Shown piece after piece: positions 1 through 9,591 of a stretch of DNA of 64,000 nt. Under the pieces are notes generated by a model that saw only the letters and a program-made list of their open reading frames with translations, ran no database searches and was not told the DNA's origin. Where the stretch lies: the NCBI GenBank assembly GCA_963700855.1, contig CAVOYV010000001.1:853881-917880 (forward strand), given 5' to 3'. The DNA is from an uncultured Actinomycetes bacterium (GTDB lineage Bacteria; Actinomycetota; UBA4738; HRBIN12). A program made the position numbers and the translations under genes. Every line of letters starts with the position of its first letter. The stretch's first letter is position 1.

Positions 1-1169
1 CAGGTCGTCGCCCTCGTCACGCGCGCGTCCACCTAGCGCGCGGATCCGGCGGTGATCGCCGCGAGCCGGTCGCTCTCCTTGACCCTCAGCTCCCCGGCGC
101 CCGAGAGCCTCGACTCGCCGGACGCGTGCGCGGCGAGCAGCGCGAGGATCGGCACCTCGTCGACCACGAGTGGCAGCTCGGCAGCCTCGACCCGGACGGG
201 AGCGAGGCCGTCCACGGCCGCCACGTGGAGCGATCCGACGGGCTCCCCCAGCTCCTCGCGGTCGACCGATCGCGTGACGCGGATACCCATCCTTCCCATC
301 ACGTCGAGGAAGCGCAGACGGGTGGGGTTGAGCCCCACGTCCCGGAGCGTGATCGACGACCCGGTGAGCGCCGCCGCCCCGATCAGGAACGCTGCCGAGG
401 AGGGGTCGCCCGGCACCCGTCCCGCGAAGCCCTCGTGCTGGAAGGGTCCCACGGTGATGCCGTCACCGACCGTCACGGCCGCGCCCAATGCGGCGAGCGC
501 CCGTTCCGTGTGGTCGCGCGTCGGAGCCGGCTCGATCACCGTCGTCGTCCCCTCGGCCGCCAGCCCCGCGAACAGGACCGCGCTCTTCACCTGGGCGGAC
601 GCCACCGGAGCCTCGAAGCGGATCCCGTGGAGGGGTCCGCCCTCGACCGTGATGGGCGCGTGGCCCTCCGTCGTTCGGATGTCGGCGCCCATCGCTCGCA
701 GCGGAGCCGCGACCCGCTCCATCGGACGGACCGACAGGCTCGGGTCGCCCGTGAGCACGCTTCGGAACGGGGCCGAGGCAAGAACGCCGGTCAGGAGTCG
801 CATCGACGTCCCCGAGTTCCCGCAGTCCAGGTCCGCGGCGGGCGAGACGAGGGCGGCGCGACCATCACCCTCGACCTCAAGGGCGGCGTCGGGCGCCGAT
901 CCAGCGGTACCGTTCCACGTGGAACGTCCACCCTCCAGCGCGGGCCGAGCCTCGGAAGCCCAGAGGTCGAGGCCAGGTCGAGCCCTCGGTGAGACGGCCG
1001 CAAGACACGATGCCGTCGACCGCACGTCGAGGGAGATCGGAACCCTCTCCAGACGGCTCGGGCCGTTCGCCGTGGCAGCCAGCAGCAGCCACCGGTGAGC
1101 GATCGACTTGTCGCCCGGCACCCGCAGCTCTCCCGAGAGGTGGGGCCGCGGGACGACGCGAACCTTCAT
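1..1169 (-). CDS. aroA: 3-phosphoshikimate 1-carboxyvinyltransferase (EPSP synthase); 3' partial, with an apparent 1-nt deletion near 45
   Basis: Motifs PGDKSIAHR, DCGNSGTSMRL, SAQVKSA, RDHTER and ELRVKESDRL. The ORF 33..1169 stops early. Restoring one G near 45 gives AGIRALGGRARDEGDDL, which continues off the window edge. Confidence 0.95.
911..926. other. parS-like 16-bp palindrome CGTTCCACGTGGAACG
   Basis: Perfect palindrome matching the GTTnCACGTGnAAC parS core. It lies inside aroA and encodes RSTWN. Confidence 0.65.
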
Positions 1170-1178
1170 CGTCCCCCC

Positions 1179-2309
1179 TCAGGCCAGCCGGATCGGATCG
1201 TAGCCGCCACCGCGCAGGACGGCACTCGCGTCGTTCGCCGCGGGCGCGGCGACCGTGAGGTGCACCGTCCCGCGCCCGCCCTCGGGCGAGTGCACGATCT
1301 GGAGATCCTCGATGTTGACGTCGCCCTCGCCGAGGACGGCGGTGATCCTCGCGAGGGCACCCGGTTGGTCAGGGATCTCCACCTGGAGCACCGCGACGCC
1401 TGCCCGAACCTGAGGCTTCGCCGCGAGACCGAGGCGCGCCTGCTTCGCGCGGGCGAAGTCCTGCTCGACCGCCACGGCATCGCCGCTCGCGACCCGGTCG
1501 CGGAGGACCCCCAACCGCTCCGTGTAGAGGTCGATGGCCCTGACGATCTGCTCCCGGTTCGCCAGCAGGATCTCGCTCCACAGCGCCGGATCCGAGGCCG
1601 CGAGGCGCGTGAGGTCGCGGAACCCGCCGGCCGCCAGGAGCAGGATCTCGGGTTCATCGGCCTCCTCGATCGCGGCCAGACCCATGAGCGTCGTCGACGC
1701 GACCTGCGGGAGATGGCTCACGAACGCCACGAGCCGGTCGTGACGCTCGGGTGTGAGTACCACGGGACGAGCGCCGATCCTGAGGACGAATCCCTCCACC
1801 CGGGCGAGCGCAACGGGGTCGGTCACCGGGGTCGGGGCGAGGACCCAGACCACGCCGTCGACCACCGACGCCGACGCGTGCTCGGGCCCGGAGCGCTCGC
1901 TCCCACCCATCGGGTGGCCGGGGACGAACCGCGACGACGCCTCGACGTTCACAGCCTCGAGCACGGCGTCCGCGACCCGACCCTTGATCGACGCCGCGTC
2001 GGTCACGACAGCGGTCGGGGCGGACCGGAGCGCCGTGACCACCGTCGATGCCACCGCGGCGATCGGCGTGCACACGATGATGAGGTCGGCGCCGTCGACG
2101 GCTTCGACCAGCGAGCCAGCCACCTCGAGGCCACCCGTCTCCCCCGCTCGCGCCGACACTGCCGGGTCGAGGTCCCACCCGCCCACCTTGAAGCCCGCAC
2201 GTCGGGCCGCGAGCGCGATCGACGCGCCGATCAGCCCCGTTCCCAGAACGGCGATCCGAGCCAGGTCACCCGACGACCTTCGCTCGGGTTCACGAGGTGC
2301 CGAGATCAT
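1179..2309 (-). CDS. tyrA: prephenate dehydrogenase with C-terminal ACT domain
   Basis: Rossmann motif IAVLGTGLIG; DAASIK, GHPMGGSE and SHLPQ motifs; C-terminal ACT (IPDQPGALARI). ATG at 2309 chosen over the ORF-track start 2330. Confidence 0.92.
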   Translation of the reverse strand: MISAPREPERRSSGDLARIAVLGTGLIGASIALAARRAGFKVGGWDLDPAVSARAGETGGLEVAGSLVEAVDGADLIIVCTPIAAVASTVVTALRSAPTAVVTDAASIKGRVADAVLEAVNVEASSRFVPGHPMGGSERSGPEHASASVVDGVVWVLAPTPVTDPVALARVEGFVLRIGARPVVLTPERHDRLVAFVSHLPQVASTTLMGLAAIEEADEPEILLLAAGGFRDLTRLAASDPALWSEILLANREQIVRAIDLYTERLGVLRDRVASGDAVAVEQDFARAKQARLGLAAKPQVRAGVAVLQVEIPDQPGALARITAVLGEGDVNIEDLQIVHSPEGGRGTVHLTVAAPAANDASAVLRGGGYDPIRLA

Positions 2310-2655
2310 CCCGCAGCGCCTCCGCCCCATCGAGGTACACGGGGACGACCCCGCTCATGCCCCGGTCCGTGTAGAAGTGGATCAGGATCCGAACGACCTT
2401 CGACATCGACCCGGCGACGGGGATCTCGCGGGCGCACATCAGCGGGACGGTCCCGAGGCCGATGCGCCTCGCCGCCTCAGCCGGGAACGCCGACCGAAGG
2501 TCGTCGGTCACGGTGAACAGGACGCTCACGAGATCATCGGTCTGCACACCGTTGCGGTCCAGCATCTCGTGGAGGAGCCGTTCGGTCGCCCCGAGCACGT
2601 GCTCGGCGTCGTCCTCCGGCACCACGATCGCCCCTCGGACCGCGCGCACCCTCAT
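2290..2655 (-). CDS. aroH: chorismate mutase, AroH class
   Basis: RVRAVRGAI...SAFPAEAAR...PLMCAREIPV...YLDGAEALRDDL. GGAGG SD lies 6 nt before the ATG at 2655. Confidence 0.95.
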   Translation of the reverse strand: MRVRAVRGAIVVPEDDAEHVLGATERLLHEMLDRNGVQTDDLVSVLFTVTDDLRSAFPAEAARRIGLGTVPLMCAREIPVAGSMSKVVRILIHFYTDRGMSGVVPVYLDGAEALRDDLGTS

Positions 2656-3514
2656 CCGGGACCTCCGCTCGTCGACGCGTCCCCCGGCTTCCGCTCGTCC
2701 CCGGAGGAACGTCACGGTACCGCGGGGCGACGCGCTCGGGGGGATACACGCTCGGCGCCGGATCCCCGGCCTCGCGACGTGCTCGCCGTTCGCCCTTCGC
2801 GACGGCCTTCGTGAGGGCGATGACCTCGTCCGGCGTGAGATCGCGGATCGTCCCTGGCGTCAGCCGGCCGAGGGTCACCGGCCCGACGCGCGTGCGGACG
2901 AGGCGGGTCACCGGCAGACCCACAGCGTCCAGCAGCCGACGGACCTCGCGCTTGCGGCCCTCGGTCATGACGAGCCGGAGCTGCCCCTTGTCACCGCGTA
3001 CGTCGACGATCCGGCACGAGACCGCGCGGGCCGGACCGTCTTCGAGCTCGACCCCGGACCGGAGCCGCGCCAGGTGCCGAGGGGTGGGACGACCCTCGAC
3101 CTCGGCGAGGTACTCCTTCTCCACGCCGTACCGGGGATGGGTCAGCCGGTTCGCGAGCTCGCCGTCGTTCGTGACCAGGAGGAGTCCTTCGCTGTCGCGG
3201 TCGAGGCGACCGACGGGAAACACCCTGGGACCTTCGGCCGGCAGGTAGGCCCGCATGTCACGGCGGCCCTGGGGGTCGCGCATCGTCGTCACGACGCCCG
3301 CCGGTTTGTGGAACGCGTAGTACCTGACGTCGGGATCGAGGTTGACGTTGACCCCTCGCAGGTTCACGACGTCCGACGTGGGGTCGACCTTGTCGCCCAG
3401 CGTCGCCACCCTCCCGTTGAGGGTGACCGCGCCGGTGACGATCAGTTCCTCGCAGGATCGCCGAGACCCGAACCCCGCGCGAGCGAGCGCCTTCTGGAGG
3501 CGCTCTTCTGCCAC
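2534..3514 (-). CDS. rluB: 23S rRNA pseudouridine synthase, RluB/RsuA family; C-terminal overlap with aroH probably an indel artefact
   Basis: S4 domain ERLQKALARAGFGSRR; catalytic motif GRLDRDSEGLLL; EGRKREVRR. Confidence 0.9.
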   Translation of the reverse strand: MAEERLQKALARAGFGSRRSCEELIVTGAVTLNGRVATLGDKVDPTSDVVNLRGVNVNLDPDVRYYAFHKPAGVVTTMRDPQGRRDMRAYLPAEGPRVFPVGRLDRDSEGLLLVTNDGELANRLTHPRYGVEKEYLAEVEGRPTPRHLARLRSGVELEDGPARAVSCRIVDVRGDKGQLRLVMTEGRKREVRRLLDAVGLPVTRLVRTRVGPVTLGRLTPGTIRDLTPDEVIALTKAVAKGERRARREAGDPAPSVYPPERVAPRYRDVPPGTSGSRGTRRRAEVPDEGARGPRGDRGAGGRRRARARGDRTAPPRDAGPQRCADR

Positions 3515-3517
3515 CGT

Positions 3518-4186
3518 TCAGCCCTCGTCGCCCGGCTCGTCGGCGGGGAGGGCGTCGGGCACGTCCGCGGGCGGCCCACCGGAGGGTGACTCGACCGTGT
3601 CAGCTTCGGCCTCGACAGCCTCGACGGCCAGGTCCGCGGCGTCCTCGTCGTGGGTATCAGGTCCCAGGAGCGGCGCGAGCGACGGCAGGGCGGCCAGCGA
3701 CGGCAACCCAAGCCGCTCGAGGAACTGCGGCGTGGTGGCGTACAGGAGGGGGCGACCGGGCGCCTCGTCCCGACCGGCCTCCTCGATCAATCCGCGATCG
3801 ACGAGCGCCCGCAGGACGCCGTCGGAGTTCACCCCACGGATCCCGCTCACCTGATGACGGGTCACCGGCTGCTTGTAGGCGACGATGGCCAGCGTCTCGA
3901 GCGCGGCCTTCGTCAGCCGAGCCTGCCGCGACGACAGGACGAACCGCTCGACGATCGCGGCTGCGTCCGGGTGCGTGTAGAGCCGCCACCCGCCGGCGAC
4001 GTTGCGCAACACCAATCCGGATGAGCGGTCTTCGAGGTCTCGCTGCAGCCGGTCGCACATCGCCTCCACCGTCCGGCGATCGAGCTCGAGGGACTGCGCG
4101 AGCACCGACGCGGTCAGCGGCTCGTCGGACACGAAGAACAACGCCTCGAGGGCGCGGGTGTCGTGAGTTTCCACCTGATCCGTCAC
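3518..4186 (-). CDS. scpB: SMC-Scp complex subunit ScpB
   Basis: ALEALFFVSDEPL, VAGGWRLYT, AALETLAIVAYKQPVTR, PGRPLLYATT. Confidence 0.95.
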   Translation of the reverse strand: MTDQVETHDTRALEALFFVSDEPLTASVLAQSLELDRRTVEAMCDRLQRDLEDRSSGLVLRNVAGGWRLYTHPDAAAIVERFVLSSRQARLTKAALETLAIVAYKQPVTRHQVSGIRGVNSDGVLRALVDRGLIEEAGRDEAPGRPLLYATTPQFLERLGLPSLAALPSLAPLLGPDTHDEDAADLAVEAVEAEADTVESPSGGPPADVPDALPADEPGDEG

Positions 4187-4217
4187 TCGAGGCTCACCCC
4201 CAAGTCATCGCGTAGGC

Positions 4218-4973
4218 TCAGCCGTTCCATCCGACCTCGATCTCTCCGAAGGTCGTGCCCTGCTGAAGGTCCACCTTGCCTTCACGGTACAGCTCGAGCA
4301 ACGCGAGGAACCGCACGACCACCTCGATCCGTTCCTCGCAATCCGCCACGAGATCGCGGAACGTCGCTTGACCACCGGAGAATCCCTGGATCCGCGTCTC
4401 GACCGCCTGCATCGCCTCGGCCACCGTGAAGCGCACCGGCGTCACGTGGGACAGGTCGAGGGTGGGCGGCGGTCGGAGCATCCTGGCGGCGACCGCAGCC
4501 ACCTGCTCAGCCGTCACCCTCCCCATCGGATCGGGATAGAGGTGCGAGAACTCGGGTCCTGGACCGATGTCGCGGGCGAAGTACCCCGCCTCGTCCTCGA
4601 GGCGGCGAGCGATCTCGACCGCCACCTTCCGGAACGCCCTGAGCTCGAGGGACCGCGCGTACGCGAGGTCCGGTGAGCCCCCGAGCAGGTCCTCCTCATC
4701 GAGCTCCGCGTGTCTCGGGGTGAGGCGGGCGACCTTCAGCTCGAGCAGGACCGCGCAGATCGCGAGGAACCATGTCGCTTCCTCCAGATCCCATCGCTCG
4801 GGCTCTTTCGCGTAGGCGAGGTAGCCGTCGGTCACCGCAGCCAGCGGCACGTCGCAGACGTCGAGCTTCTGCTCGAGGATCAGATCGGCCAGGAGCCGGA
4901 AGGGTCCAGTGAACCCCGGGAGCTCGACGTCGAACCCGCCGGTCGCTCTGGCATCGGCGTTCGAAGCGCTCAT
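4218..4973 (-). CDS. scpA: segregation and condensation protein ScpA (kleisin)
   Basis: FTGPFRLLADLI, ATWFLAICAVLLELK, VVRFLALLELYREG. The ATG overlaps the trpS stop (ATGA). Confidence 0.93.
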   Translation of the reverse strand: MSASNADARATGGFDVELPGFTGPFRLLADLILEQKLDVCDVPLAAVTDGYLAYAKEPERWDLEEATWFLAICAVLLELKVARLTPRHAELDEEDLLGGSPDLAYARSLELRAFRKVAVEIARRLEDEAGYFARDIGPGPEFSHLYPDPMGRVTAEQVAAVAARMLRPPPTLDLSHVTPVRFTVAEAMQAVETRIQGFSGGQATFRDLVADCEERIEVVVRFLALLELYREGKVDLQQGTTFGEIEVGWNG

Positions 4974-5977
4974 CGGCCGAAGTGCATCGCGTCGCGGACC
5001 GCCTGGACCGTCGCCTGTGCGACCGGGCGCGCCTTGGCCGCGCCTGCGGACAGGACGGCGGCGGCGAGGCCCGGTGTCATCTCGAGCTCCGCTCGCCGCT
5101 CGCGGAACCCGGCGAACGTGTCCACGAGGTGGTCGCCGAGGAGCGTCTTGCAGTCGACGCATCCCAGCTCACCGGTGCGACACGTGGCGTCCACCCGCGC
5201 GACATCGTCCGGTGAGAAGGTCTGGTGCAGCGCGAAGATAGGACAGACCTCGGGGCGGCCGGGGTCCCCACGCCGGAGCTTCTGCGGGTCGGTGATGAAG
5301 CCGCGCACCGTTCGGCGGGTAGCCTCCTCGTCGTCGCGGATCCAGATCGCGTTGTCGAGCGACTTGGACATCTTGCGACCGTCCGAGCCCGGGATCAGCG
5401 GCGACTCGGACAGCAGCGGCTGAGGTTCGACGAGCACATCGCCGTAGAGCCGGTTGAAGCGGCGCACGATCTCGCGGCTGATCTCGAGGTGAGCGACCTG
5501 GTCCTCCCCCACCGGCACCCATTGCCCCGCAACGATCGCGATGTCGACGGTCTGGAGTACGGGGTAACCGAGCAGGCCGTAGTTCGCGATATCGCGCTCC
5601 GCCATGTCCCGGAGCCGCTCCTTGTACGAGGGCACGCGTTCGAGCCATCCCAGCGGGGTGATCATGCCCAGCAGCAGCGACATCTCGGCGACCTCGGGCA
5701 GGTCGGACTGCCGATAGATCACGGCCCGCTCAGGATCGAGCCCGGCGGCCAGCCAGTCGAGGACCAGGCCTTCGATGAAGCCGGGGAGCTCGTCGGTACG
5801 GTCGTAGTGGGTCGTGAGCATGTGCCAGTCGGCGATGAAGAAGAAGCACTCGTAGCCGGGGTCGGCCTGCAGCCGGAGCATGTTCCGGATGTTCCCGGCC
5901 CAGTGGCCCACGTGGAGGGGCCCGGTCGGCCGGTAGCCGGTGAGGACGCGCTGCGTCCGGGTCTCGGGAAGGGTCAC
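4970..5977 (-). CDS. trpS: tryptophan--tRNA ligase
   Basis: LTGYRPTGPLHVGH (HIGH), FIADWH, VPVGEDQ, KMSKS. GTG at 5977. Confidence 0.96.
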   Translation of the reverse strand: MTLPETRTQRVLTGYRPTGPLHVGHWAGNIRNMLRLQADPGYECFFFIADWHMLTTHYDRTDELPGFIEGLVLDWLAAGLDPERAVIYRQSDLPEVAEMSLLLGMITPLGWLERVPSYKERLRDMAERDIANYGLLGYPVLQTVDIAIVAGQWVPVGEDQVAHLEISREIVRRFNRLYGDVLVEPQPLLSESPLIPGSDGRKMSKSLDNAIWIRDDEEATRRTVRGFITDPQKLRRGDPGRPEVCPIFALHQTFSPDDVARVDATCRTGELGCVDCKTLLGDHLVDTFAGFRERRAELEMTPGLAAAVLSAGAAKARPVAQATVQAVRDAMHFGR

Positions 5978-6026
5978 GATGCGCGGGATGATAGCGCGGG
6001 CGTCGGAGCCCTTCGGCGAGCCTGAC

Positions 6027-6692
6027 TCAGACGGGGACGCATCCGGTACCCGAGAACACCCCGCAGAAGGCGTCGACGAGCGAGTACACGATCGCCTGGA
6101 TCGGGCCGGCCAGGAAGAACAGCGCGAGCAGCACGAACAGCGGGAGGTACTGATCCAGGTTGCGGTACGTCTCGCGAGCACGCGGGGGCAGCGCGAGCGC
6201 GACGAGGCGAGCGCCGTCCAGCCCCGGGATCGGCAGCAGGTGGAAGATCGCGAGCGTGAGGTTCGCGAACTCGAACACGAGGAGGAAGACGCCGATCTCC
6301 GAGAGGCCCGCGACACGGACGCCGAGTCCGCCCAAGGCGCCGAGCACGATGTTCGACACAGGCCCGGCGAACCCGACCAGCAAGCTGTCGCGCGGCTGGC
6401 GGTGCAGGTAGTTCGGATCGACCGGGGCCGGCTTCGCGTAGGCGACCGGGGGCGGAAGGAACGAGGAGGCGGCGGCCCACAGAAGCAGGACCAGGGCGGG
6501 CAGGAGTCCGCTTCCGAACGGCTCGAACCACGCCTTCGGGTTCCAGGTCAGTCGTCCCCACAATCGGGGCGTCGGGTCACCGAGCTTCGCCGCCACCGTC
6601 GCCCGGACGAACTCGCGCACGGTCATCCCGATCAGCAGGGAGATCGCCAGGTACGCCGTGAGCCGGAGACTCTCCCCGCTGAACCCGCCCAT
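6027..6692 (-). CDS. site-2 protease (M50) family membrane protein with a degenerate Zn-binding motif
   Basis: Hydrophobic. Contains LGDPTP...GRLTWNP, AGPVSN and FHLLPIPGLDG. The HExxH position reads REFVR. Confidence 0.85.
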   Translation of the reverse strand: MGGFSGESLRLTAYLAISLLIGMTVREFVRATVAAKLGDPTPRLWGRLTWNPKAWFEPFGSGLLPALVLLLWAAASSFLPPPVAYAKPAPVDPNYLHRQPRDSLLVGFAGPVSNIVLGALGGLGVRVAGLSEIGVFLLVFEFANLTLAIFHLLPIPGLDGARLVALALPPRARETYRNLDQYLPLFVLLALFFLAGPIQAIVYSLVDAFCGVFSGTGCVPV

Positions 6693-8015
6693 CAGACCTC
6701 CGGCCCCCACCATGCGTGGACGAGGTCCGGTGCGTCGACGCGTCCATCCGTCAGCTCGAGTGCCGACAGGACACGCCGCCCGGCTTCGACGGCGTCGTCC
6801 TCGGTCCGCGCGTGGATCTCGCCGATCGGCTCGCCCTCGCTCAGACGGTCTCCGATCTTGGGATGGATCACGACGCCGACGGCGGGATCGACCTGGTCGC
6901 CTTTGCGTATCCGGCCGGCCCCGAGGGCGCCGCTCGCGAGCCCGATCTCCGCTGCCTGCACGCGGGCGAGCGTACCCGACCGGTCGGCGAACAGCGGAGC
7001 CACGACCGGGGCATGAGGCAGGACGGCCGCGGGATCGTCGACGACGCGCGGATCTCCCCCCTGCGCCTCGATCATCGCCTGGAACCGCTCCAGAGCCGTG
7101 CCGTCGTTCAGGGCCTCCTCGGCCCGGTCACGGGCGACGTCGGGGGCAACGCCCTCGAGCGCCTCGAGCGCCTTCGCCGCGAACCAGCCCGCCAGCTCTC
7201 GAAGGCGGCCGCGCCGTACCCCGCGAAGGACCTCGATCGCCTCGAGCACGTCGAGGGCGTTGCCGACGGCGTCGCCCAGCGGCTGCGACATGTCGGTGAC
7301 GGCGACCCCGCAGGTGCGTTCGGCGCCGTCCGCGAGGGCCCGACACGCCTCGGCCAGCGTCCGAGCGTCGTCGGCGGTCTGCATGAACGCACCCGATCCG
7401 GCCTTCACGTCGAGCAGGATCAGATCGGTGGTGACCGCGAGCTTCTTCGACATCACGCTCGCAGCGATCAGGGGCACCGACGGGACGGTCGACGTCGCGT
7501 CACGTAGCGCGTACAGAGCGCCATCGGCAGGCACGAGCGTCGATGACTGAGCCGCCACCGCGCAGCCGACCTCGGCCACCTGCCGCCCGATCTCGTCCGG
7601 CTCGAGATCTCGTCCGGAGGCCGGGGATCGCTTCGAGCTTGTCGAGGGTCCCGCCGGTGTGGCCGAGGCCGCGACCTGACAGCTTCGCGACCCCGAGACC
7701 CAGGGCAGCCACGAGCGGGGCGAAGACCAAGGTCACCCCGTCGCCCACCCCACCGGTGGAGTGCTTGTCCACCGTGGGGCGCTCGAGACCGGGGAACGAG
7801 ACGGTGTCGCCCGACTCGATCATCGCGGTGGTCATCGCGAGGGTCTCCTGCGCATCGAACCCGTTCAGCAACGCGGCCATCAGGAACGCGGCGGCGGGAC
7901 CGTCGCCGATCTCGCCTCGGGCGTACGCCAGGACAAAGCGCTCGACCTCAAGTGGAGGTACCGACCTACCGTCACGCTTGGCGGCGATGACCGCCCGCGG
8001 ATCCCAGTGGGTCAT
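6692..8015 (-). CDS. pdp: pyrimidine-nucleoside/thymidine phosphorylase; apparent 1-nt insertion near 7610
   Basis: N part (ORF 7500..8021): DKHSTGGVGD, KLSGRGLGHTGGTLDKLE. C part (ORF 6692..7579): LYALRD, SVMSKK, DVKAGSGAFM. Removing one A joins them as RTDLEPDEIGRQVAEVG. Confidence 0.92.
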
Positions 8016-8040
8016 CCGCACCTTCTCCTCGACATCGAGC

Positions 8041-9237
8041 TCATGTCCTCGAGAATCCGAGACGGTGAGCGAAGCTCTCCCCCACCAGACCCTCGACCTC
8101 GACCTCGACCCCGAAGAGATCGGCCACCGTCGCGCCGAGGTCCCCGAACGTCGAGCGTGTTCCTATCTCGTGCGGTCCTCCGGAGCATCCCGCAGCCAGC
8201 AAGGGCGTCCGCTCCCTCGAGTGGTCGGTCGGTGGTGTGGTCGGGTCGCAGCCGTGATCCCCCGTGATCAGCAGGACGCCGCCGCCCAGCGCGTCGATCA
8301 GGTCCGGCAGCCGGCGGTCGAACGCCTCGACGGCCTTCGCGTAGCCCTCCGGGTCGTTGCGATGCCCGTACTTCGAGTCGAAGTCGACCAGGTTCGAGAA
8401 GACGAACACCGGCCCTTCCCGCGCGAGGTACTCGGTCGTCAGGTCGAGCCCATGGTCGTTCGAGTCGGAGTACCGGGACTCGGTGAGGCCCCGCCGCACG
8501 AAGATGTCCTGGATCTTCCCCACCCCGATCACCGCGACCCCGGCGGTAACGAGGGCGTCGAGGATCGTGGGCCCCGGCGGAAGGACGCTGAGATCTCGCC
8601 GCTCCGGACGTCTGACGAAGGCACCGGGCTCTCCTTCGAACGGCCGGGCGATCACACGCCCGACGGCGTGCTCCCCCACCAAGAGCTCCCGTGCGACGCG
8701 GCACCACGCGTAGAGGGTCTCCAGGGGGACCCGATCGACGTGCGTCGCGATCTGGAACACCGAGTCCCCGCTCGTGTAGACGATCGGGGCCCCGGTGCGC
8801 AGGTGCTCGGGGCCGAGCTCCTCGATGATCTCGGTCCCCGATGCCGGAACGTTGCCCAAGATCGGGAGTCCGATGGCGCGTTCGAACGGCTCGACGATCT
8901 CGGGCGGGAACCCGTGCGGATACAGGGGGAAGGCGTGGTCGAGCCGGATCCCCATCATCTCCCAGTGCCCGGTGGTGGTGTCCTTACCGGCCGACACCTC
9001 GGTCGCGCGTCCGTACGCTGCACCCGGCTCCGCCCGCGGGGCCACTCCGTCGATCTCGGTGAGGTAGCCGAGCCCGAGGGCCTCGAGCGCCGGGACGTCG
9101 AGGCCGCCGACCGCGCGCGCCGTGTTGGCGAGCGTGTTCGACCCCTCGTCACCGTACGCAGCGGCGTCGGGGGCGCCCCCGACACCCCACGAGTCGCAGA
9201 CCAGGACGCAGACCCGTGGGACGAGCGGCGTCCCCAC
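8041..9237 (-). CDS. deoB: phosphopentomutase
   Basis: VCDSWGVGGAPDA, GKDTTTGHWE, NLVDFDSKYGHRND, ITGDHGCDPT, DHSRE. Confidence 0.96.
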   Translation of the reverse strand: MGTPLVPRVCVLVCDSWGVGGAPDAAAYGDEGSNTLANTARAVGGLDVPALEALGLGYLTEIDGVAPRAEPGAAYGRATEVSAGKDTTTGHWEMMGIRLDHAFPLYPHGFPPEIVEPFERAIGLPILGNVPASGTEIIEELGPEHLRTGAPIVYTSGDSVFQIATHVDRVPLETLYAWCRVARELLVGEHAVGRVIARPFEGEPGAFVRRPERRDLSVLPPGPTILDALVTAGVAVIGVGKIQDIFVRRGLTESRYSDSNDHGLDLTTEYLAREGPVFVFSNLVDFDSKYGHRNDPEGYAKAVEAFDRRLPDLIDALGGGVLLITGDHGCDPTTPPTDHSRERTPLLAAGCSGGPHEIGTRSTFGDLGATVADLFGVEVEVEGLVGESFAHRLGFSRT

Positions 9238-9240
9238 CCC

Positions 9241-9591
9241 TCAGCCGGCCTTCCGTTTGCAGTCGATGCACAGCAGCGCCCACGGGATCGCCTCGAGCCG
9301 CTCGGTCCCGATCGGGTTGCCGCACCGCTCGCACGCGCCGTACGTTCCTGCGTCGATCTTCGCGATCGCCAGCTCGACATCGTGCAGGTTCGAACGGAGC
9401 GCCCTGACCACCGAGATCACGCGTGACCGCTCCTCGGTGCTGTGAGAGCGGTCGGAGAACCCCGCGTCTCCCTCGAAGGTCACCTCGTCGGTCTCCGGAT
9501 CTGCCCCGTGCTCTTCGATCTCGCGGCGGAGGTCGTCGCGCTGGCGCACGAGCTCGTCTCGCAGCGCGGCCAGCTTCGTCTCGTCCGTCAC
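9241..9591 (-). CDS. DksA/TraR family C4 zinc-finger protein
   Basis: N-terminal coiled coil followed by GTYGACERCGNPIGTERLEAIPWALLCIDC. Confidence 0.9.
   Translation of the reverse strand: MTDETKLAALRDELVRQRDDLRREIEEHGADPETDEVTFEGDAGFSDRSHSTEERSRVISVVRALRSNLHDVELAIAKIDAGTYGACERCGNPIGTERLEAIPWALLCIDCKRKAG

Noticed and set aside
2534-2655. 120-nt overlap of the rluB tail with aroH
   Set aside because: The tail is low-complexity, and a 1-nt shift in a nearby G/C run would give the usual ATGA junction. Probably an indel artefact.
8091-8110. Short gacctc tandem repeat at the end of deoB
   Set aside because: It simply encodes VEVEV in GC-biased codons.
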